From NCBI GenBank assembly GCA_964473525.1, contig CAYYPK010000034.1, positions 2,408 to 66,407 of the forward strand: 64,000 nucleotides of DNA, given 5' to 3'. The notes beneath the pieces are model-generated. The model was not told the DNA's origin. It saw only the letters and a list, made by a program, of their open reading frames with translations, and searched no databases. Below are positions 8,334 to 15,835 of this stretch, piece by piece. The number at the start of each line of letters is the position of its first letter. Within the stretch, counting starts at the first letter, position 1. The DNA is from an uncultured bacterium (lineage in GTDB: Bacteria; Poribacteria; WGA-4E; GCA-2687025). The position numbers were made by a program, and so were the translations under genes.

Positions 8334-9470
8334 GTGCCAGATGTCGTCGTCGGACACATAGGCGGTGTGGACTTCCGCGGCGTAGCCGACGAGTTCCGCC
8401 GCTGGAACCCCACCTACATCCTCGACTGCGGGGTGGTCGAGGACGAGTGCGAGGCGTCGTGCGATGCGCTGCGCTATCTGTGGGTCGAGTCCGGCTCTGG
8501 CGAGTGCTTCATACCCGCAGGAGCCCGCACGCAGGAAGGCGACGGCGACCCGTTGCCCTGTGTATACGCCCCGGACGCCTGCCCACCGGCGGTGATGGAC
8601 GCGCTGGAGACGTTGGGAACGCGGGTGGACAGTTTCGCGCCCGTTCTCCGTGGGCCGATACAGTCGATCATCGACCGCACGCGGGGCGCGGACTTCATTG
8701 GCGATGTCGCTGGCGAAATATGGCTGCTCCTGGAGAGCGGCGTCCCGCGGGGCCAGTGGAGCGAGAGTGACTGCGCTGACTCCGCGCTGGATGCCGTGCT
8801 CGACGTGCATCGGGGCATCGGGTGGTCGGAGAAGTCCGAGGGCTCGTGGGAGCCGGTCATGGCGGGCGACCAACTTGCCGTGACTCCCGACACTCCGCTC
8901 CGGGTACGCGGCGCCTTCCGCTACTGGAGCATCGACGTAACCGACCGAACGCACACGCACACGTCCATCACCCGGCGGTTGAACCACCTTCGGGACACCG
9001 CGGGCGGGTGCAACTTCGCGTTCGACGCGTTCCGCCGCCTGCCCCTCACGTGGATTGCCGAGCAGGGGGGCGGAGACGGCGTGAACGTCGTCAACAGCCA
9101 CGTCGTCAACATCGCCACCGAGACCTCGCGGACGCACTATCATCCTGTCGAGCCGGTCGGGGGCGGGAAGCCACAGAGCGAGATGTACCTCGTTCTCGAC
9201 CCGTCTGCGTACGGTCTCAAGACGTACGGTCGAACGGCCTCGCTGCTGAGCTTCCCAGACGTCGACGATCTGTCCCGCTACGAGGAAACTCCGCTGACAC
9301 CAGGATCCACCGTCTACATTCAGCCAGGCACGGGACACCGTGGGCTGGACGCGTTCGTGAACGTGATTACGCTGCCAGGCTTCAAGCCCCGCAACGAGAT
9401 CTACCTGGATCAGAGAATCAAGGACTCGGCCGGTGGGAGCTCGCCGTACAACGCGGAACTGACGGTGTAG
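8334..9470 (+). CDS. Cupin-domain protein (C-terminal cupin, N-terminal half unassigned)
   Basis: GTG start after GGAAGGAAG. Good GC3 bias. C-terminal 'THYHPVE..EMYLVLD....GSTVYIQPGTGHRG' shows a cupin metal-site pattern. The opposite-strand ORF 8211..9338 looks like a shadow. Confidence 0.6.
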   Translation: MPDVVVGHIGGVDFRGVADEFRRWNPTYILDCGVVEDECEASCDALRYLWVESGSGECFIPAGARTQEGDGDPLPCVYAPDACPPAVMDALETLGTRVDSFAPVLRGPIQSIIDRTRGADFIGDVAGEIWLLLESGVPRGQWSESDCADSALDAVLDVHRGIGWSEKSEGSWEPVMAGDQLAVTPDTPLRVRGAFRYWSIDVTDRTHTHTSITRRLNHLRDTAGGCNFAFDAFRRLPLTWIAEQGGGDGVNVVNSHVVNIATETSRTHYHPVEPVGGGKPQSEMYLVLDPSAYGLKTYGRTASLLSFPDVDDLSRYEETPLTPGSTVYIQPGTGHRGLDAFVNVITLPGFKPRNEIYLDQRIKDSAGGSSPYNAELTV

Positions 9471-9570
9471 GCAGCACGGGCGAAATACCCGCTCCGCGTC
9501 GGTTCACGCAGCCTAGGGCTCGAGCGCGCCAACCCTGTCTAGTGGCGCGTTGCAGGTGGCCGCAGTGTCC

Positions 9571-9589
9571 CTTCCCCTTGCAGGGGAAG
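9571..9589. terminator. Stem-loop between convergent genes
   Basis: CTTCCCC / GGGGAAG form a 7-bp stem with a 5-nt loop, between the 3' ends of 8334..9470(+) and 9686..10291(-). Confidence 0.35.
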
Positions 9590-9685
9590 CCTAGGATGGG
9601 TCGAGAACGGCGCGGCAGTGGCTAGGATCCTCCCTCGCCACTCGGAAGGCCAGCGGCATCGTCGGCCGTCCCGCTGTGCGTTCCG

Positions 9686-10291
9686 CTAACGCTTCTTCAC
9701 CTGCCACGTGGGCTCGCCCTCCCCGCTGAGCGTGAGCAGGCTCCCCTCCAGCACCCACGTGCCTGTCTGGGTTCCGTGCATTACCCAACGCTGAGCTCTC
9801 TGTTCGAACCACGCCGTGTTGGCGACGATCCCGTTATCCGCGCGCGCTGTCGCCGAGAGCCGCGCCGTCCCCTGTGTCTCAGCGGGGGTGAAAGTGTACG
9901 TGGAGTCGGTTCTCTCGTACGTGCCCGTGTGATCGTATCCGATGGTAGTGTTCGCGCGCTTCTTGACGCCGTCGGCGGCGCGGACGTCCCACTCCATCTG
10001 TATCGAGTATCTACTGACGGCAGGGGTGAAGGCGATGGAGGCGGTGAACCTAACATCGTCCGTGGGATCCTCGGCGGTGATTTCGTCGCGCTCCGTAACC
10101 GCAGGATTGGCCCCGCCAACGGAGACGATGGCCCATACTCCCGCCCACGGGTCCGCCACGACGATGGGGGCGTCGTCCCCGTTGTCGTCGCCCTCGTCGA
10201 CTGGGTCGCTGCCGCAACCCGTGCTGAGGAGCAGGCTTGCGATCACGACGCCAAAAGTGAATGGGACACCAAACAGGCGAGTGCGATACAT
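9686..10291 (-). CDS. Lipoprotein, unknown function
   Basis: The ATG at 10291 is preceded by AGGAGG. Signal and lipobox MYRTRLFGVPFTFGVVIASLLLSTGC. The beta-rich mature part is unassigned. Confidence 0.6.
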   Translation of the reverse strand: MYRTRLFGVPFTFGVVIASLLLSTGCGSDPVDEGDDNGDDAPIVVADPWAGVWAIVSVGGANPAVTERDEITAEDPTDDVRFTASIAFTPAVSRYSIQMEWDVRAADGVKKRANTTIGYDHTGTYERTDSTYTFTPAETQGTARLSATARADNGIVANTAWFEQRAQRWVMHGTQTGTWVLEGSLLTLSGEGEPTWQVKKR

Positions 10292-10506
10292 GGTAGGCCT
10301 CCTGGCTCTCCCGACATGGAGATACACGCGCCATCCTGTACTTCGCTGAGGTCTTCGGGCGGCATGCGTAATCCGCGGGCGACAGGCGTCGCCTCCCAAT
10401 GCCCACTGCGGTGAGTGTACTACCGTCGCGCGGCCGGTCCCAACCTGAATCCTGTCCGGGCGTGTTCGATAGAGGGCGGTATCGCGCGGCGCCCGTTGCC
10501 CCCGCA

Positions 10507-10566
10507 GTCATTCCTGACAGAGCAAGGAACCTCGGGTCTCGTCTCGAGGCCGAGCTCAGAACGCCA
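10507..10566. repeat. Short intergenic REP-like element (GTCATTCCTGA..AGCAAGGAACCTC type)
   Basis: Related by eye to the element at 38794..38889 (GTCATGCTGAGCGTCAGCGAAGCATCTC ...). Imperfect hairpin potential. Confidence 0.35.
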
Positions 10567-10817
10567 TACCATCGCGGGTTGAGAACCGGGCGTCCAAGGT
10601 ATTCGCGGTAGCAGACAGAATCAGCTATAGTCAGTCAGGCAGCGCGACCCGCCGCACGGTGGGATCGCCAGGAGGTAGGGCTGCGGCGCAACCGCGCCGA
10701 ACCGCGGACGCACGCACGCACGCCCCAGACGGCTGCCGCGATGCGCCCGCGCATCGGTACCCGATCGATTGCCACTGCCAACACCTAGACTCTCGCCCTC
10801 GCAGCCCTGGATAGGCA

Positions 10818-12752
10818 ATGCCACCGAGGATCGCCGCATCCAAGGCGTCCCAGACGCAGCCAGTCCGGCTCCGCGCCGTGCTGCTCGCGCTGGCGATTAT
10901 CCCGCTGAACGCATACTGGATCGCGCTGACGGAAATGGTGTGGTCGTCATTGCACTTCACGGCGGCCTCCCTGCCGCTGAACGTCGTGTTCATCCTGTGC
11001 TGCATCATCGGCTGCAACGCGCTGACTCGTCGGATGACACCCAATGCCGCTCTGTCGCCAGCGGACCTGCTCGTCATCTACATCATCCTCGCGACGGCTA
11101 GCGCCATCAGCGGCTACGACAGCCTGGTTGGCCTGGTGGGCGTGCTGCCCCACGCGACGCATTTCGCCACGGCGGAAAACGACTGGACGGCACTGTTTCG
11201 GTCCCACCTTCCCGACTGGCTGACGCTGACGGACGCCAAGACCGTGCGGGCGTTCTACGCCGGTGAGGCGTCGTTCCTCGGGGCGGGACACTGGCGGGCG
11301 TGGGTCCGTCCGATGGCGTACTGGGGGATGTTCCTCACGCTGCTCGCGGGGCTGTCGCTCTGCATCACCGTCCTGCTGCGGCGGCCGTGGACAGAACACG
11401 AGAAGCTCGCTTACCCCATCATCCAGCTCCCTCTGGAACTCAGCCGACGCAAGACGATGCTTTTCCGCGGCCGCCTGTTCTGGATAGGTTTCGGCATCGC
11501 CGCCGTCGTGGACGTGCTCAACGGGCTGAACTACCTGTACCCAGCCGTGCCCTCCATGCCGGTGAGGGGAACTCAGCTAGAGCGGTACGCAACCGAGAAA
11601 CCGTGGTCCGCCATCGGATGGACCCCCGTGCGCTTCCGATTCTTCATGGTGGGGATGACGTACCTGCTGCCGCTCGACCTGTCCGTCTCATGTTGGGCGT
11701 TCTACTGGATCCGCAAGGCGGAGCAGGTCGTGGGCGCCGCCGTTGGGCTGTCGCGCGTGCCGGGGTACCCCTTCCTTGGGCAGCAGGCCATGGGCGGCAT
11801 GCTGGGGCTGGGGGTCGTGGCCCTGTTTGGCATCCGTCGGCATCTTGCCGGGGCGTTCCGGTCTCTGACGGGACCAGACGACGGCGCGTCCGACGGTGAA
11901 CCCATCACATACAGGGCAGCGGTGTTCGGGGCGGCGTTCTGCGCCGTGGCGATGGCGTGGTTCAGCGTGCGCATGGGTCTGTCGCCGTGGGTCATGGTCG
12001 CGTTTGCCGGGGTCTTCTGGACGATGTACGTCGGCATGGCGCGCATCCGCGCCGAGGCTGGAGTGCCAGAGCACGACCTGAACCTGCTGTCGCCACAGGA
12101 ATCGCTCGTAGCCGTGTTCGGGACGCGCGCCGTAGGAGCGCGCAGCCTGTCGGCGCTGTCGCTGTTCGTCTGGTTCAGCCGTCGCAAGCGCAACTATCTG
12201 ATGCCGCACCAGTTGGAAGCCTTCAAGATAGCCGAACGGGAGCGGCTGCCCAACCGCGCGGTATTCGGCGTGCTGCTGTTGGCGACCGTCGCGGGACTCG
12301 TCTCCGCGATGATCATCTTCCCCGGCGTGCTGTACCGTTACGGCGCGGAGTCGCGCGCGTACGGTATGAAGGACGTCGGGTGGAACACGTACAACCGGCT
12401 GGCGTCCTGGCTGCAAGCGCCCCGCGAGACGGACTGGCTGGCTACAGGCTTCCTCGGAGGCGGCGTTGGCGTGTCCGCGCTGCTCATGTTCCTGCGGCAT
12501 CGGTTCGTGTGGTGGCCGCTGCACCCGGCGGGTTACGTCCTCGGCACGGGCTTCGGTATCGACGACTACTGGTTCGCGATGGTCCTGTCGTCGGGCGCCA
12601 AGTTCGTCGTGCTGCGAAGTGGCGGCGTGGGAGCGTACCGCCGGTCGCTGCCGTTCTTCTTTGGACTTATCCTCGGCGACTACCTGCTGGCGTGCGGCTG
12701 GGCGCTCCTGGGCGTGGTCCTCGACCAGCCGATGTACACGATGTGGCAATAG
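10818..12752 (+). CDS. Large polytopic membrane protein, unknown function
   Basis: 644 aa with more than 12 hydrophobic segments and good GC3 bias. No catalytic motif recognised. Confidence 0.65.
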   Translation: MPPRIAASKASQTQPVRLRAVLLALAIIPLNAYWIALTEMVWSSLHFTAASLPLNVVFILCCIIGCNALTRRMTPNAALSPADLLVIYIILATASAISGYDSLVGLVGVLPHATHFATAENDWTALFRSHLPDWLTLTDAKTVRAFYAGEASFLGAGHWRAWVRPMAYWGMFLTLLAGLSLCITVLLRRPWTEHEKLAYPIIQLPLELSRRKTMLFRGRLFWIGFGIAAVVDVLNGLNYLYPAVPSMPVRGTQLERYATEKPWSAIGWTPVRFRFFMVGMTYLLPLDLSVSCWAFYWIRKAEQVVGAAVGLSRVPGYPFLGQQAMGGMLGLGVVALFGIRRHLAGAFRSLTGPDDGASDGEPITYRAAVFGAAFCAVAMAWFSVRMGLSPWVMVAFAGVFWTMYVGMARIRAEAGVPEHDLNLLSPQESLVAVFGTRAVGARSLSALSLFVWFSRRKRNYLMPHQLEAFKIAERERLPNRAVFGVLLLATVAGLVSAMIIFPGVLYRYGAESRAYGMKDVGWNTYNRLASWLQAPRETDWLATGFLGGGVGVSALLMFLRHRFVWWPLHPAGYVLGTGFGIDDYWFAMVLSSGAKFVVLRSGGVGAYRRSLPFFFGLILGDYLLACGWALLGVVLDQPMYTMWQ

Positions 12753-12759
12753 CCGCGGC

Positions 12760-13665
12760 TCAACCTGTCAACGGTTGGACCAATCCCTGTTCCATGTACT
12801 TCTCGATCGTGGTCTTCCGCTTGCGGATGTCCAGAGGGATTTCGGAATCGCTGTCCGCGTCGGTGTCGAGACCAGTATCCCGGTCGAGGAACAGCGGTGC
12901 GTCGGCTGATGGCGGCTTGTGATTGGCATAGCCGTTTGCGTAGCTGCGCATGATGATACGTCGCTCGCGGGGCAGCGTCTCCAACCAGTCGGGATCCGAC
13001 GTGTGCCGGTCCGCAGCGACGACCCACGACGGCGAATACGCCATGAAGATGTTCTTCCGAGGCGTGTCGATCTCGCTGGCTTCCACGCGGTGCCATATAC
13101 TCGCGTGCATGAGCGTCATCGTCCCAGCCGGACACGTGAGAATCTGCTCGCCCGGCAGACTGTCGTGCGTGCGGTAGGCGTTCAGCGTCTGGTGTCGGTG
13201 GCTTCCCGGCAAGCAGACGAAGTTGCCCATCTTCGGCGCCGTCAGGTCGGTGAGCCAGTAACCGATCTTGATCTGCATCGGCATGGGGCTATAGACGGTG
13301 TAGGGCACCATCCGCGCGCCGTCGGGATGCCAGGCGTTGTGCCAGCCGCCCTTCGTTCTCACAAGCGCGTGGGACACAAGCAGCTTCAGGAGTTCGCCGT
13401 ACACGTCGTACGCGTAGCCGACGTGCCGAGGGTGGTCGATGAGTTCGGCGAACGCCGGATCCTTCTCGACGATGTTCTGCGCGCCCAGGTTCTTGTCGGG
13501 ATGGTTGCCGCTGTCGTGCCACAGTTTGTCCACCGCGTCGCGGTAGCGGCCGACATCCTCAGGCGAGATGGCGTCCTCGATCAGGAGGAAGCCGTCCTGC
13601 ATGAACTTGTCCCACTGCGCAGGCGTGAATCCCGGCGGCGCTACACGTAGTTCCCCATCCGACAC
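12760..13665 (-). CDS. Phytanoyl-CoA dioxygenase (PhyH) family Fe(II)/2-oxoglutarate dioxygenase
   Basis: GTG start after GGGAGGA. 'WDKFMQDGFLLIEDAI', 'WHPDG' and 'SIWHRV' match the PhyH family pattern. Confidence 0.7.
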   Translation of the reverse strand: MSDGELRVAPPGFTPAQWDKFMQDGFLLIEDAISPEDVGRYRDAVDKLWHDSGNHPDKNLGAQNIVEKDPAFAELIDHPRHVGYAYDVYGELLKLLVSHALVRTKGGWHNAWHPDGARMVPYTVYSPMPMQIKIGYWLTDLTAPKMGNFVCLPGSHRHQTLNAYRTHDSLPGEQILTCPAGTMTLMHASIWHRVEASEIDTPRKNIFMAYSPSWVVAADRHTSDPDWLETLPRERRIIMRSYANGYANHKPPSADAPLFLDRDTGLDTDADSDSEIPLDIRKRKTTIEKYMEQGLVQPLTG

Positions 13666-13693
13666 GGCGCGTCCTCCCTACCGATTCGTCGAC

Positions 13694-13726
13694 GAGAACC
13701 GGGCCAGCGGCGCCGGCCCTGTTCTC
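13694..13726 (-). terminator. Stem-loop downstream of the sigma-ankyrin gene
   Basis: GAGAACCGGGCC ... GGCCCTGTTCTC form a ~12-bp stem with one mismatch, ~140 nt after the stop of 13863..15425. Confidence 0.3.
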
Positions 13727-13862
13727 GCGGAGTCTAACACGCGTCCTGCCGCCGTGAGTAGATGTCCGCGGAGGGCAATCAGCCGCAGTCGTGGCGCACT
13801 GGGAGACCGCAGCCATGGACGCGACCCGCCGCGCCCGCGCCCCGCGCAGCGACGCCGCGCGG

Positions 13863-15425
13863 TCATGCCGCCGGCGCCCCATGGGAGCGCAACACCTCGA
13901 TAGCCTCCTGATAGCCGGGATCCGCGGCAACGGTTCCAGTGTTCTGGGACACGCGCTCGGTTACTCGGAGCGCGTAGGCTAGCGGAGTGGCCTCGATGAG
14001 CTCATTCTCAACGAGGACGGGTCTCGCGGAGGCGGTATCTGCCCCCGCGTCGATGAGCGCCCCTACGATTTCGGGGAGGTACCCGTAGCCACCCTCTTGG
14101 TTTGTGCACGCGCCGAAGGGCGTGCCAACAGCGATGAACAGGGGCCACATGGGCCGTGCCGACACGGTCAGCCAGAGCGCCGGGCTCTTCCATCCCTGGT
14201 CTGGATTCGTGGGGACCGGGTATCCACGCTGGAACCCCGACCACACCACGGCATTCGGATCCGCGCCCCGGTTGAGAACATAGGGCACGAGATGCGCGTT
14301 CTGCAGTTCACACTGAAACGCAAGAGGCCCACACGCCGCGTTCGGATGCGGGTCGATGCGCGCGCCGTGTTCGAGCAATAGGTCCATCGTCGCGGTGTTG
14401 CGTGCGGCCGTCAGCGCGACATCCCCGTCTGCGGTCACGTCCCCGCCAGCCTCTATCAGGAAGGACACCAGATCTGTGTGGCCGTAGCGAGCCGCGATGG
14501 CGATAGGTTTCATCCCGCCGTGCGCGTCCCATCCATCAACCGCGAAGCGGGCCGTCAGCAACGCGGGCGTGTCTCCGACGAGCCTGGCGACCGTATCTCG
14601 GTCCCCTGCTTTGATGGCCGTTCCCAGGTCGGGGAGCACGCCCTCGTGTAGAAGCAGCGAATACACCTGTCGCGGCTCATCGCCATGGTGAAGGTCCGTG
14701 CGCGCCGCAACTTCCATGGGGTTCCTACCCCGTTCATCTCGCGCATCGCGCCAACGTTGCCCTCCCGCGATCAGCTCACGCAGCCGGTCGACATCCGCCT
14801 GCTTGATGGAGGCAAACAGCTCCTCGACGAATGCGCCATCGCGTGAGGGCTTCGCCTGGTGCAGTACTTCACGCGCCATCGTCTCCAACCTTCCCTTGAG
14901 TCGGCTCCGCGCGGAGTGGAGCCGCGTGCTGACGGTCGTCTCTTTCACTCCGAGGAATCCGGCTATCTGCCCGTGCGTGTACCCGTCGAGGTAGTAGAGA
15001 GTCGTCGTCGTGCGCTCGTGCTCGGGCAGCGCGGCTATCGCGCGGCGCACGCTCGAACTCACCTCGGCTTCCTCAGCGCGTGTGTGTGGGTCCGCCCGGT
15101 CTGACGAGGCCCATCGCTCGCTCTCTGCCAGCTCCTCGCGTCGTCGCCGTGCGCGTAGCAGCACGTCGCACTGCGTGCGCACGATGAGGCGGAACCAACC
15201 GGGAAACGCGGCCGGATCGCGAAGGTCGCCCATCTTCCGCCACGCGGTGAGGAACGCCTGTTGCGCTACGTCTTGGGCGTCGGCCTCGGCGCCAAGTAGC
15301 GCGTAGGCGTACCCATACGCCATGTCCTCGAAGCGCCGGACGATGGCGCGAAAGGCGTCCGCGCGAGCGTGCGCCGTCGCGGCGCCGTCCGTGGCGCGTT
15401 CTACAAGGTGGCGTATGTCAGGCAT
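13863..15425 (-). CDS. ECF (sigma-70 family) sigma factor fused to C-terminal ankyrin repeats
   Basis: Start moved to the ATG at 15425 (AGGGGA SD 9 nt upstream). Region 2 is 'DVAQQAFLTAWRKMGDLRDPAAFPGWFRLIV'. Region 4 is 'ALPEHERTTTTLYYLDGYTHGQIAGFLGVKETTVSTRLHSARSRL'. About 330 aa of ANK-like repeats follow ('IAARYGHTDLVSFLIEAGGDV', 'LLLEHGARIDP', 'VLNRGADPN'). Confidence 0.75.
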   Translation of the reverse strand: MPDIRHLVERATDGAATAHARADAFRAIVRRFEDMAYGYAYALLGAEADAQDVAQQAFLTAWRKMGDLRDPAAFPGWFRLIVRTQCDVLLRARRRREELAESERWASSDRADPHTRAEEAEVSSSVRRAIAALPEHERTTTTLYYLDGYTHGQIAGFLGVKETTVSTRLHSARSRLKGRLETMAREVLHQAKPSRDGAFVEELFASIKQADVDRLRELIAGGQRWRDARDERGRNPMEVAARTDLHHGDEPRQVYSLLLHEGVLPDLGTAIKAGDRDTVARLVGDTPALLTARFAVDGWDAHGGMKPIAIAARYGHTDLVSFLIEAGGDVTADGDVALTAARNTATMDLLLEHGARIDPHPNAACGPLAFQCELQNAHLVPYVLNRGADPNAVVWSGFQRGYPVPTNPDQGWKSPALWLTVSARPMWPLFIAVGTPFGACTNQEGGYGYLPEIVGALIDAGADTASARPVLVENELIEATPLAYALRVTERVSQNTGTVAADPGYQEAIEVLRSHGAPAA

Positions 15426-15835
15426 CTGGTGATCCCCTGGCGTTCTTGATAGTAGGACACCCGTGAACCAACATCCGTCAGCGGGAAATGCGTGGGCAGC
15501 GTGTTGGCCCGACGCGGCCATGTCGATTGAGGGTGTTCGCTCCCAGTAGGATGGCGCGCGGCGAAGTGCTAGACGGGCAATGCGCGACGGTCTTCTGCGT
15601 CGTGGGCGCCTCTGCACGCGGTCGTGCCGGGTTTGACCGCATAGCCCTGTCGGGTATATCCTGTAAAGGTGGGTCTCCCGCCTTACAGGGACAGTCTGGA
15701 ACGTCCCGCCTTCCCGTCTACGTACGTTCGCCTGCCATCGCGCCGGCATGCGGCTCGGTAAGAATCGCGCGCGTAGACATCAGTGGCGCCCGTAGCGCCT
15801 CGTGCCAACGCGGGTGAACCGCAGATTGGCCCTAC

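Noticed and set aside
9686-10291. Lipoprotein C-terminus 'GEGEPTWQVKKR' as a 14th tail-family member
   Set aside because: Only T-W-x-[V]-K-K-R is shared. It lacks the [KR]-x-[AT]-T context, so the match is too weak to count.
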